A stretch of DNA of 64,000 nucleotides from Candidatus Hydrogenedentota bacterium. Lineage in GTDB: Bacteria; Hydrogenedentota; Hydrogenedentia; Hydrogenedentales; CAITNO01. The notes beneath the pieces were generated by a model that was not told the DNA's origin, searched no databases, and worked only from the letters and a program-made list of their open reading frames with translations. The stretch covers positions 291-64,290 of the forward strand of contig JACFMU010000001.1 of assembly GCA_019455225.1 (NCBI GenBank), in the 5' to 3' direction. Every line of letters starts with the position of its first letter. Position 1 is the first letter of the stretch. Made by a program: the position numbers and the translations under genes. Positions 45,921 to 54,825 of this stretch are shown here, piece by piece.

Positions 45921-46871
45921 ATGTTGAACCGAAAAGGCTTCACGCTCATCGAACTGCTGGTGGTGATCGCCATCATCGCCATCCTTGCGGCCATCCTGTT
46001 GCCCGCACTGGCGCGCGCCCGCGAGGCCGCCCGCCGGGCTTCTTGCCAGAACAACCTCAAACAGCTCGGACTCGTGCTGAAAATGTACAGCGGCGAGTCC
46101 CCCGGCCAGAAGTTCCCCCCCAAGTCCGTGCGGGTGATCAACCTGCTCTTCTCCATGCGGTCCACCTACCCGGAATACCTGACGGACCTGAACAGCATTT
46201 TCTGCCCCTCGGACCCCGAGGCGCTCGCGGAGGCCTTCGCGCCGAACGGCGATTTCATGGACGCCTCGGGCCGGGTACTGCTGGACCGGATGGACGGGGA
46301 CCCCCGGCGCGGGGAGTACACGCCGGGGATGGGCATCCGCCCGGCGGACCGGTCCTATGTCTATTTCGGGTGGGCCGTGCCGGAGAACGCCTGGCTGGTG
46401 CCGGTGGTCTGGGGCCAGGGCTTCTTTCTGGGCACGTATTTCAACCGGGTGGTCCAGCCGTGGCTGAACGGCCAGTATGACCTGGTGGAGCAGCGCAACG
46501 ACGAGGACTTCACGTTCATCCACGCGGGGAACAACCGGATCGTGCCGGGCAGCGAGCTGACCCTGTACCGCCTGCGCGAGGGCATCGAGCGTTTCCTCAT
46601 CACGGACATCAACAACGCGGCAGCCTCTTCCCGCGCCCAGTCCACCATGCCCGTTCTCTGGGACAAGGTGGGCACCCGCGTGGACATGTTCAACCATGTG
46701 CCCGGCGGCGCTAACGTGCTCTACATGGACGGCCACGCGGAGTTCGTCCGGTGGGTGCCCCGCACCAACCCCCCGAACGACGCGGCGAACACGGAGGACG
46801 AGCCCTTCCCCATGTCCCTCGCCTGGGGCATCCTCGCCGAACTGGCGCTCAAAGAACAGGACAACATGTAG
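45921..46871 (+). CDS. Prepilin-type N-terminal cleavage/methylation domain protein (DUF1559-like pseudopilin)
   Basis: [30 protein letters not shown] is the class III signal. The C-terminal [12 protein letters not shown] motif is typical of this family. The ATG is at 45921, inside a longer shadow ORF. Confidence 0.8.
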   Translation: MLNRKGFTLIELLVVIAIIAILAAILLPALARAREAARRASCQNNLKQLGLVLKMYSGESPGQKFPPKSVRVINLLFSMRSTYPEYLTDLNSIFCPSDPEALAEAFAPNGDFMDASGRVLLDRMDGDPRRGEYTPGMGIRPADRSYVYFGWAVPENAWLVPVVWGQGFFLGTYFNRVVQPWLNGQYDLVEQRNDEDFTFIHAGNNRIVPGSELTLYRLREGIERFLITDINNAAASSRAQSTMPVLWDKVGTRVDMFNHVPGGANVLYMDGHAEFVRWVPRTNPPNDAANTEDEPFPMSLAWGILAELALKEQDNM

Positions 46872-46905
46872 GGTTTAGGGTTTAGGGTTTAGGGTTTAGG
46901 GTCTA
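46869..46905. repeat. Heptanucleotide tandem repeat (TAGGGTT = TTTAGGG register) x5
   Basis: tagggtt tagggtt tagggtt tagggtt tagggtc ta. The first unit contains the TAG stop of the plus-strand gene. The minus-strand rhaB stop (TAA, 46889-46891) lies inside the array. Confidence 0.9.
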
Positions 46906-48364
46906 ATGTGTCCCAGGAGGCCGTGTCGCCCGGCGTGTAGTGCTCCAAGTCCACCGAGCGGGCGATGATCTGGCGCATCTCCGCCAGGGATTCGATGGCC
47001 CCGGCGCCCATGGCCTGCACCCCGATGTTGCCCAGCGCCGTGGCCTCGACCGGCCCCGCCACCACGGGAATCCCGCAGGCGTCCGCTGTCATCTGGCAGA
47101 GCAGTTTGTTCTGCGTGCCGCCGCCGATGATGTGCAGTTTTTCCGTGCGCCTGCCCAGCAGCCCGTCCAGGGCGCGGACGGTCCGGCGGTATTTCAGGGC
47201 CAGGCTCTCCAAGGCGCAGCGGATCACCGCGCCGCGCGTCTCGGGCACGGGCTGGCCGGTCTCGCGGCACATGGTCCGGATCAGTTCCACCATGTTCTCC
47301 GGCGCCATGAGCCGCGGGTCGTCCAAGTCTTGCAGCACGGAGACAAAGGGCGCGCCGGCCGCCGCCTCCGCCGTGAGCGTGGCATAGTCCGCGGTTTCCC
47401 CGGCGCGATCCCAGGCGCGGCGGCACTCCTGCACCAGCCACAAGCCGAAAATGTTCTTGAGGAAACGGATTTTCCCGCCGACCCCGCCCTCGTTCGTGAA
47501 ATCCAGCGCCAGACTCTGTTCGTTGACCACCGGCGCGTCCAGTTCGGCGCCCAGCAGGGACCAGGTCCCGCTGGAGAGGTAGGCCCAGGGGGGGCTGTCC
47601 GGACTGACCGGCACGGCGGCCACGGCCGAGGCCGTGTCGTGCGTGGCCGTGGCGATGACCGGCACCCCGGGGGTGATGCCCGTGGCGGCGGCGATGTCCG
47701 CGCGCAGCGGGCCGAGCACCGTGCCCGGCGCGACGGGCGCCTGTAGCAGGTTCCGGGGCAGGCCCAGCCGGGCAATCAGGTCCTCGCTCCAGTTGCGGGT
47801 GAAGGGGTCCAGCAACTGCGTGGTCGAGGCATTGGTGTATTCGCAGGCCTTTTTCCCCGAGAGCAGGTAGCCGAAAAGGTCGCCCATCATGAGCAGGGAG
47901 TCCGCCACCCGGAGCAGGGGCGAGTCGGCCTTCTTCAGGCTGAGCAGTTGGTACACCGTGTTGAAGGGGAGGAACTGGATGCCCGTGGCCCCGTAGAGGT
48001 CCGCGCGCGGCACCAGGCCGAAGGCGTGCTCCGTCATCCCCTCGTTGCGTTTGTCCCGGTAATGCACGGGGTTGCCCAGCAGCGTGCCGTCGGCGGCGAC
48101 CAGGCCGAAGTCCACCCCCCAGGTGTCCACGGCGATGCCGTCCAAGTCGGCGGTGAACTCGCGGGCGCAGCGCGCCAGCCCCGCGCACATCTCCTCGTAG
48201 ATGCGTGCCAGGTCCCACTGCCGGGTGCCCAGCATCACCAGACCCTCCGTGCGGAACCGGTGGATCACCTCCAGGCGGATGCGGCTGTCCTCCAGCACGC
48301 CCAGCACCGCGCGGCCGCTCTCCGCGCCCAAGTCAAAAGCCAGAAACCGTTTCACCGCGCCCAT
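46889..48364 (-). CDS. rhaB: Rhamnulokinase (FGGY family)
   Basis: LAFDLGAESGRAV..., DTWGVDFGLV and PVHYRDKRNEGM align with E. coli RhaB landmarks. 491 aa. Confidence 0.8.
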   Translation of the reverse strand: MGAVKRFLAFDLGAESGRAVLGVLEDSRIRLEVIHRFRTEGLVMLGTRQWDLARIYEEMCAGLARCAREFTADLDGIAVDTWGVDFGLVAADGTLLGNPVHYRDKRNEGMTEHAFGLVPRADLYGATGIQFLPFNTVYQLLSLKKADSPLLRVADSLLMMGDLFGYLLSGKKACEYTNASTTQLLDPFTRNWSEDLIARLGLPRNLLQAPVAPGTVLGPLRADIAAATGITPGVPVIATATHDTASAVAAVPVSPDSPPWAYLSSGTWSLLGAELDAPVVNEQSLALDFTNEGGVGGKIRFLKNIFGLWLVQECRRAWDRAGETADYATLTAEAAAGAPFVSVLQDLDDPRLMAPENMVELIRTMCRETGQPVPETRGAVIRCALESLALKYRRTVRALDGLLGRRTEKLHIIGGGTQNKLLCQMTADACGIPVVAGPVEATALGNIGVQAMGAGAIESLAEMRQIIARSVDLEHYTPGDTASWDTLDPKP

Positions 48365-48541
48365 GACAGCCTTGCCTCCGCCGTTCTTTTTCCGGATGCG
48401 CCGCCCCGTGCGGCGCCGGGAAAAACCTTAGTGCATGGGCCGGGGAAAATACAATCTTTTCCGCCCCGGCAACCCGTTTGTGCGGGCTCCGTCAAAAAGG
48501 CTACAGTTTTGGGCGCGGGCAGTCGCCCGAAAGGAGGACCC

Positions 48542-49111
48542 ATGGACAGAAGAACTTTCCTCCAGACCGGCATGGCGGCGACGGCCCTGTTTGCCGCCGC
48601 CGCGCGGGCCCAATCCGTCGGCACACCCAAAAAGGAATCCACCATGAACATCGTTGTCGCGGCCGACCCCTTCGCGGTCGAACTCAAAGACGCCATCGTG
48701 GAGCATCTCCGGGCGAAGGGCCACACGGTGACCGACGTGGGCGCCACGAAGGACCGGGAACTCGCCTATTACGACTGCGCGCCCGACGCCGCGCGGGCGC
48801 TGCAGGAGGGCCGCGCCGAACGCGGCATCCTCTTCTGCGGCACAGGCGCGGGCATGGCCATCGCCGCCAACAAGTTCAAGGGCGTGAACGCGGTCTGCGT
48901 CGAGTCCGTGTTTGCCGCGCGCATGGCGCGGGCCATCAACGACGCCAACGTGCTGACCATGGGGGCGATGATTGTCGCGCCGTGGATGGCCAGGGAGATG
49001 GTGGACACCTGGCTGGAGACCAAACACACCGAGGGTCTTGAACAGTTTTCCGATTTCCTCAAGGGCGCCCTGACGAAGATGGACGAACTTAACCAGGCCC
49101 ACTGCAAGTAG
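48542..49111 (+). CDS. RpiB/LacA/LacB family sugar(-phosphate) isomerase with an apparent Tat leader
   Basis: The core MNIVVAADPFAVELKDAIVEHL...ILFCGTGAGMAIAANKF is RpiB-like. An upstream in-frame MDRRTFLQTGMAATALFAAAARAQS is preceded by a strong AAGGAGGA 4 nt from the ATG at 48542. The alternative start is at 48644. Confidence 0.75.
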   Translation: MDRRTFLQTGMAATALFAAAARAQSVGTPKKESTMNIVVAADPFAVELKDAIVEHLRAKGHTVTDVGATKDRELAYYDCAPDAARALQEGRAERGILFCGTGAGMAIAANKFKGVNAVCVESVFAARMARAINDANVLTMGAMIVAPWMAREMVDTWLETKHTEGLEQFSDFLKGALTKMDELNQAHCK

Positions 49112-49130
49112 GCATGAAGGGGTGATCGTC

Positions 49131-50174
49131 ATGAAGTATTACTGGGGAATTGCCCTCGTTGCCGCCCTGCTTGCCCTGCCGGGACACGGCGCGGCACCGG
49201 CGGAAATCACCGTCCGGATGACCGGGGAAAGCCTGGTGCTGGTCGGCCAGGAGCCGGGCAAACTCTGCTTTGGCAAGGTCGTGCCAGGCACAGTGACTGT
49301 CCGCAACGCCTATGAGCCTGACAAACCCGGCGTGGTGGTGTATGAGCAGGACCGCGATTACGTGGTGGACCCTATTCATGGAACCATCACGCGGACCGAA
49401 GGGTCGCGCATTCCGGACTTCTCGGCCAACATGCTTTACGGCAAAAAGGAATTCGACCATAACCAGTTTCCGGGATTCGGGAACGGCGCTTTTTTTGTCT
49501 ATGTGGACTACACGACTGAAAACGGTTCCCCCCTTTTCACGCCGACTGACCAGGCTGACAAACTGAAACAGACCCGCGAGCGGCTTGAAAAGGGCGGTCC
49601 CTTCAAGGTCATCGCCTTCGGCGACAGCATCACCACCGGCGGCGACGCCTCGGAGGAGCGGCTCCAGTTCACCCGACGCTATGTCCAGTGGCTCCAGGAG
49701 CGGTTTCCCAAGGCGGAAATCACCTTTGAAAACGGCGCCACGGGCGGCGACAGCACCATCCAGGGGTTAGCCCGGCTCGAGGAAAAGGTGCTGACCCGAA
49801 ACCCGGACCTTGTGCTGGTCGGTTTCGGTATGAACGACCACAACAAGAACTGCCTCGAGCCGGACGCCTTCGAGGCGAACCTCGTTTCCATCATCGAGAC
49901 GATAAAAACCCGCACCGGCGCGGAGGTCATCGCCTATTCGGCGTTCCCGCCGAATCCGGACTGGAAATTCGGCACCCACCGCATGGGGCAGTTCGCCGCC
50001 GCCACCCGGCGCGCCGCCGACAAGGCCCAGTGCGCCTTCGCGGACGTCTTTACGGTGTGGGAGTATGTGCTGGCGCGGAAGGACTGCCCGAGCCTGCTGG
50101 GGAACAACATCAACCACCCCAACGACTTCGGGCACTGGCTGTATTTTGGGGCGCTGATGGTTGTGAAGTTTTAG
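49131..50174 (+). CDS. SGNH/GDSL family hydrolase (secreted)
   Basis: Signal peptide present. Block I is IAFGDSIT, block III is GFGMNDH and block V is NHPNDFGH. Confidence 0.75.
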   Translation: MKYYWGIALVAALLALPGHGAAPAEITVRMTGESLVLVGQEPGKLCFGKVVPGTVTVRNAYEPDKPGVVVYEQDRDYVVDPIHGTITRTEGSRIPDFSANMLYGKKEFDHNQFPGFGNGAFFVYVDYTTENGSPLFTPTDQADKLKQTRERLEKGGPFKVIAFGDSITTGGDASEERLQFTRRYVQWLQERFPKAEITFENGATGGDSTIQGLARLEEKVLTRNPDLVLVGFGMNDHNKNCLEPDAFEANLVSIIETIKTRTGAEVIAYSAFPPNPDWKFGTHRMGQFAAATRRAADKAQCAFADVFTVWEYVLARKDCPSLLGNNINHPNDFGHWLYFGALMVVKF

Positions 50175-50194
50175 TCCGGGCGCGCCCCGCTTTC

Positions 50195-50290
50195 GAGAAG
50201 CCGCGCTGAAGCGCGCTTTATGCGCCTTTATTCGCTCTGCCACCCCGTCTGAAGACGGGTGCTCTGAGGAGCGCGCTGAAGCGCGCTAAA
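50195..50290. repeat. Three GC hairpins, all with a CTGAAG centre
   Basis: The hairpins are CGCGCTGAAGCGCG (50202-50215), CACCCCGTCTGAAGACGGGTG (50241-50261) and AGCGCGCTGAAGCGCGCT (50270-50287), just after the stop at 50174. Confidence 0.6.
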
Positions 50291-50324
50291 CAGGCTGGGT
50301 AACAACTGGGCTATCATGGTGATT

Positions 50325-50483
50325 TGGGGGATTGCTTCATGGGGGCCTGGCGGCCCCTCCTCGCAATGACGGGAGAGTGGGGGATTGCTTCATGGGGGCC
50401 TGGTGGCCCCTTCTCGCAATGACGGGAGAGTGGGGGATTGCTTTGTGCGGGGCCTGGCGGCCCCTTCTCGCAATGACGGGAGG
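50325..50483. repeat. 53-bp tandem repeat x3
   Basis: The unit is TGGGGGATTGCTTCATGGGGGCCTGGCGGCCCCTCCTCGCAATGACGGGAGAG, starting at 50325, 50378 and 50431. Each unit contains the hairpin GGGGCC-TGGC-GGCCCC. Units differ by a few substitutions. Confidence 0.85.
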
Positions 50484-50678
50484 GCGAAGGGGACTGGCAA
50501 CCGGCGCGCCGACTGCATGATATGGTGTCAACAGCCCCGCTTTGCGCGCTGGGTGCCTGTACCCGGCTTCTGCGCCTCCGCCGCCCGTTGATTTTCCCCC
50601 GGAATGGCGGTACACTGGTCCGGCGGTCAGGGACGGAGGCCATGGTGGCCCGCCACAACCCGGATAAAGGGAGTTCCA

Positions 50679-51932
50679 ATGAACACAGCGACCCGTGTGC
50701 AGTTGTCCGTCATGATGTTCATCCAGTTTTTTATCTGGGGCGCCTGGTACGTCTCCATGGGCGTGTACATGGGCGAGCTCCACTTCGAGGCCAAGGTGAT
50801 CGGCTGGGCCTACAGTTCCACGGCCTGGGCCGCCATCATCACGCCCTTCTTCATGGGCATGATCGCCGACCGCTTTTTCCCGGCCCAGGTGGTGCTCGGG
50901 GTCCTGCATCTGGCGGGCGCCGCGCTGATGTTCCTGGTGTCGCGCACAACCGAGCCGATGCTCTTCTTCTTCCTGCTGCTGGGCTACGCCTGCTGCTACA
51001 TGCCCACCCTCGCCCTCACCAGCGCCATCTCCTTCAACCAGATGAAGAGCACCCAGGACGAGTTCCCCCTCATCCGCGTGCTCGGCACGGTCGGTTGGAT
51101 TGTGGCCGGCCTGCTCATCAGCTACCTTAAGGTGGACGCCACGGCCCGGCCCATGGAAATCGCCGCGGGCTGCTCGCTGCTGATGGGCCTGTACAGTTTC
51201 ACCCTGCCCCACACCCCGGCGCGCGCCGCCGGGAAGAAGGCCTCCGTCCGTGAAATCCTCGGCGTGGACGCCTTCGCGCTCTTCAAGGACCGCTCCTTCG
51301 CCGTGTTCATGGTCAGCGCGCTCCTGGTCTGCATCCCCCTGTCCTTCTACTACGGCTTCGGCGCGCGTTTCCTGGCCGAGGGCGGCGTGCAGAACATCAC
51401 TGCCAAGATGAGCATGGGCCAGATGTCCGAGTTCTTCTTCATGCTGGTGATCCCCTTCTTCTTCGCGCGGCTCGGCGTGAAGTACATGCTGGCCGTGGGC
51501 ATGGGCGCCTGGGTCGTCCGCTACCTCCTCTTCGCCTTCGGCGGAAACAATGTGTTGGTGCCACCTTTTACAGCGGACCAGATGCTCGGTTCCCTGTCCA
51601 TGGTGGGCATGTGGTACCTGGCCATCCTGCTCCACGGCGTCTGCTACGACTTCTTCTTCGTCACCGGACAGATTTACGTGGACAAGCGCGCCCCGAAGGA
51701 GCTCCAGTCCAGCGCCCAGGGGCTTTTCGCCCTCTTCACCTGGGGCATCGGCATGACCATCGGCACCGTGGCCTCCGGCCAGGTGGTGAGCTTCTTCAGC
51801 ATACAGGAAGCCATCCACTGGAAGGCCGTTTGGCTGACCCCGGCACTGCTGGCGCTGGTGGTGCTGGTCGTGTTCTTCGCGCTCTTCAATGAGAAGTCCG
51901 TGCCGGAGGACAAAGACGCCGGCAAGGCGTAA
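50679..51932 (+). CDS. MFS nucleoside:H+ symporter family transporter (NupG/XapB-like)
   Basis: MNTATRVQLSVMMFIQFFIWGAWYVSMGVYM parallels the NupG N-terminus (LSFLQFCLWGSW). 12 TM segments, 417 aa. Confidence 0.7.
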   Translation: MNTATRVQLSVMMFIQFFIWGAWYVSMGVYMGELHFEAKVIGWAYSSTAWAAIITPFFMGMIADRFFPAQVVLGVLHLAGAALMFLVSRTTEPMLFFFLLLGYACCYMPTLALTSAISFNQMKSTQDEFPLIRVLGTVGWIVAGLLISYLKVDATARPMEIAAGCSLLMGLYSFTLPHTPARAAGKKASVREILGVDAFALFKDRSFAVFMVSALLVCIPLSFYYGFGARFLAEGGVQNITAKMSMGQMSEFFFMLVIPFFFARLGVKYMLAVGMGAWVVRYLLFAFGGNNVLVPPFTADQMLGSLSMVGMWYLAILLHGVCYDFFFVTGQIYVDKRAPKELQSSAQGLFALFTWGIGMTIGTVASGQVVSFFSIQEAIHWKAVWLTPALLALVVLVVFFALFNEKSVPEDKDAGKA

Positions 51933-51935
51933 ACA

Positions 51936-51965
51936 ATTACGAATTACGAGTTACGAATTACGAAT
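51936..51965. repeat. Heptanucleotide tandem repeat (AATTACG) x4
   Basis: aattacg aattacg agttacg aattacg aa, starting 4 nt after the transporter stop codon. Confidence 0.85.
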
Positions 51966-52082
51966 GTGGTGGACCGGCGGTTGGGGGACTCTGCCGGGCT
52001 GAAGCCCTGCTCGCATTAAATGACGGCTGGGGCATGATGATGCCTCCGCCAACAACCAAAACCCGCACAGGAGCCCCACGGC

Positions 52083-54815
52083 ATGTTCAAAATGCAGGGA
52101 GTCGTTCTCATGGCAGGACTGGCCGCCGCAGCGCTGTTTTCCCAAGCCGCCTTTTCCGCGCCCGCAGTGGAGGGCCTGCGCTGCGAGAACCTGGCCAATC
52201 CGCTCGGCGTCGGCACGGCGCAGCCGCGCCTGTCCTGGCTGCTGACGCCGGGGGAGCGCGGCCTGGCGCAATCCGCCTACCAGGTGGTGGTGACGGAGGA
52301 TGACCCGGCGGCGAAGGCCGGAGAGGCGCGCGTGCTGTGGGACTCGGGCAGGGTGGCGTCGGACGCCTCCTCGCTGGTGCCCTATGCGGGCGCGGCCCTC
52401 GCTTCGGGCATGCGCTGCCACTGGAAAGTGCGCGTGTGGGACCAGAACGGCGCGGAGTCGGAGTGGAGCAAACCCGCCTATTTCACGGTGGGCCCCCTGG
52501 GACCGCAGGACTGGCACGGCGAGTGGATTGGCGCGGACTGGATGGCGGACAACGCGGGACCGCTGCCCCTGCTGCGCCGGACGGTGACCCTGCCGGAGGC
52601 GCCGGTGCGGGCCATGGCGCATGTCTGCGCCTTGGGCTATTACGAGCTGTATGTGAACGGCGAGAAAATCGGCGGGGACGTGCTGAGCCCCGCCGTGTCG
52701 GACTACTCGAAACGCGGCCTGTACATCTCCCACGACCTGACGCCCTTCCTCAAGGCCGGGGAAAACTGCGTGGGCCTGTGGCTGGGCCGGGGCTGGTCCA
52801 CGGCCATGCTGGAGAAGGCGACCACCGCCGGGCCGGTGGTGAAGGCGCAGGTGGAGATGGTTTTTTCGGACGGAGCCCGTTCCGTGCTGGCCACGGACAA
52901 TTCCTGGAAGGCGCACCCGAGCCACATCACCCCCCTGGGCAAGGGCGCCAGCGGCGACTACGGCGGCGAACTGGTCGAGGCGGCGAAGGAGGTCGCGGGC
53001 TGGAGCGCGGCGGAACTGGACGATTCGGACTGGAAGCCCGCCACAGTCCACCCCATTGCCACCCCCCTGATTGCGGCGCAGATGATGGAGACCAACCGCC
53101 TGCTGGACGATGTCAACCCCGTGTCTGTGGAACCCCTCGGCGCCGGGTATCTCGTGGACATGGGCCGGAACTACACGGGCTGGTTTGAACTCCGCTTCCC
53201 GGAGGCGTTGGCGGCGGGCGCGCGGGTGGACTTCGAATACGCCGACAAGCGGTTTCCGGACGGCAAGTTCCAGACCTACCGCCAGCGCGACACCTACGAG
53301 GCGCGGGGCGGCGGCGGCGAGCGGTTTTGCAACCGGTTCAACTACCACGCCTTCCGCTGGGCCATTGTCCGGGGGCTGCCGCGCGCGCCCCGGCTGGACG
53401 AGATATCGGGACGGCTCATCTCCACCAACTACGATGCTGCGGCGTCCTTCACCAGTGACAACACCCTGCTGAACGACATATACAACATGGTCAACTGGAC
53501 CCACCGCAGCCTGAGCCTGGGCGGCTACACCGTGGACTGCCCGCACCGCGAGCGCCTAGGCTACGGCGGCGACTCGGGCACCTCCATGGAGGCGGCCATG
53601 CTCAATTTCCGCAGCGGCCCCTTCTACGCGAAATGGGCCGCGGACTGGCGCGACACGCAGGCCGAAAACGGCGACGTGCCCTACACCGCGCCGAACTCGC
53701 AGGAGGCGGGCGGCGGCCCGGTCTGGAGCGGGTTCTGCATCACCATGCCCTGGCAGACTTATGTGTCCTACGGCGACCGGCGCGTCCTCGAACTGGGCTG
53801 GCCCGTGATGCAGAAGTGGCTGGCGTTCATCGAGACCAAGATGGACGACGGGCTGCTCCAACACTATGTGGGCATCGGCAACAGCAACGCCCAGTGGAGT
53901 TTCCTGGGCGACTGGGTGCCGCCGGGACGCAAGCAGGGCGAGGGCGGCCGGGTGGACGACCGCTCCACGCTCTTCTTCAACAACTGCTACCTGGTCCACT
54001 GCCTCCAGCTCGCGTCCAAAATCGGCGCGGTGCTCGGGAAGCCGGCGGACGCGGCCCGGTACGCGGAACAGGCCGAAGCGCTGGCGAAAACCCTGCATGA
54101 GCGCTTCCTGAACGAGGACGGCGCGACCTACGCGAACGGCGAGCAGACCTATCTGGTCATGCCCCTGCTCTTCAACATCACCCCGGAGACGCACCGGGAA
54201 AAGGTCATGGCGGCGCTGGAGAAGGACATCGTCGAGACCCGGCAGGGACACCTGAACACGGGCATGCACGGCAACTACTACATGGCCCGCCAGCTCATCG
54301 CGGCACGGCGCAACGACCTCATGGCCCTGATGATGACCAAGGACACCTATCCCAGCTACGGCAACATGATCAAGAACGGCGCCACCACCATTCTGGAGGA
54401 GTGGGACGGCGAGAACTCGCAAATCCACAACACCATGATCTCCATCGGCATGTGGTTCATCGCGGGGCTGGGCGGCATCCAGGCGGACCCGGACCATCCC
54501 GGATTCAGGCATTTCATTGCCGCGCCCGGCATCGAAAGCGGCCTCGGCCATGTGACCGCGACGCACCAGTCCGAATACGGCCTCATTTCCAGCGAATGGA
54601 AACGGGACGGGAACACCCTCGCCCACAGCCTCGATGTGCCCCCGAACAGCACCGCCACCGTGGTGCTGCCCGCGGCGGGACCGGACGCGGTGACGGAGGG
54701 CGGCGGCCCCGCCGAAGAACAGCCGGGCATATCCGATGTCACCTTTGCGGACGGGCTCTTCCGCTGTTCTATCATGTCCGGAAAATACATATTCACAGCA
54801 AGATTGGCGGGATAA
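52083..54815 (+). CDS. Alpha-L-rhamnosidase, GH78 (secreted)
   Basis: 910 aa. The N-terminal rhamnosidase signature is LRCENLANPLGV...PRLSWLL...AYQVVVTEDD...WDSGRV...HWKVRVWD. The (alpha/alpha)6 catalytic region includes DCPHRERLGYGGD. Confidence 0.85.
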   Translation: MFKMQGVVLMAGLAAAALFSQAAFSAPAVEGLRCENLANPLGVGTAQPRLSWLLTPGERGLAQSAYQVVVTEDDPAAKAGEARVLWDSGRVASDASSLVPYAGAALASGMRCHWKVRVWDQNGAESEWSKPAYFTVGPLGPQDWHGEWIGADWMADNAGPLPLLRRTVTLPEAPVRAMAHVCALGYYELYVNGEKIGGDVLSPAVSDYSKRGLYISHDLTPFLKAGENCVGLWLGRGWSTAMLEKATTAGPVVKAQVEMVFSDGARSVLATDNSWKAHPSHITPLGKGASGDYGGELVEAAKEVAGWSAAELDDSDWKPATVHPIATPLIAAQMMETNRLLDDVNPVSVEPLGAGYLVDMGRNYTGWFELRFPEALAAGARVDFEYADKRFPDGKFQTYRQRDTYEARGGGGERFCNRFNYHAFRWAIVRGLPRAPRLDEISGRLISTNYDAAASFTSDNTLLNDIYNMVNWTHRSLSLGGYTVDCPHRERLGYGGDSGTSMEAAMLNFRSGPFYAKWAADWRDTQAENGDVPYTAPNSQEAGGGPVWSGFCITMPWQTYVSYGDRRVLELGWPVMQKWLAFIETKMDDGLLQHYVGIGNSNAQWSFLGDWVPPGRKQGEGGRVDDRSTLFFNNCYLVHCLQLASKIGAVLGKPADAARYAEQAEALAKTLHERFLNEDGATYANGEQTYLVMPLLFNITPETHREKVMAALEKDIVETRQGHLNTGMHGNYYMARQLIAARRNDLMALMMTKDTYPSYGNMIKNGATTILEEWDGENSQIHNTMISIGMWFIAGLGGIQADPDHPGFRHFIAAPGIESGLGHVTATHQSEYGLISSEWKRDGNTLAHSLDVPPNSTATVVLPAAGPDAVTEGGGPAEEQPGISDVTFADGLFRCSIMSGKYIFTARLAG

Positions 54816-54825
54816 GAACGAACAT

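Noticed and set aside
46869-46905. TTTAGGG repeats as evidence of a eukaryotic (plant-type telomere) contaminant or a linear-replicon end.
   Set aside because: The array is only five units. It is internal to the contig and flanked on both sides by typical bacterial genes of the same high-GC composition, and both genes use it for their stop codons.
50325-50483. Possible CRISPR array (repeated units of about 53 bp containing a hairpin).
   Set aside because: The units are directly contiguous with no unique spacers. There are only three copies, the unit length is outside typical CRISPR repeat size, and no cas genes are in the window. I treated it as a minisatellite.
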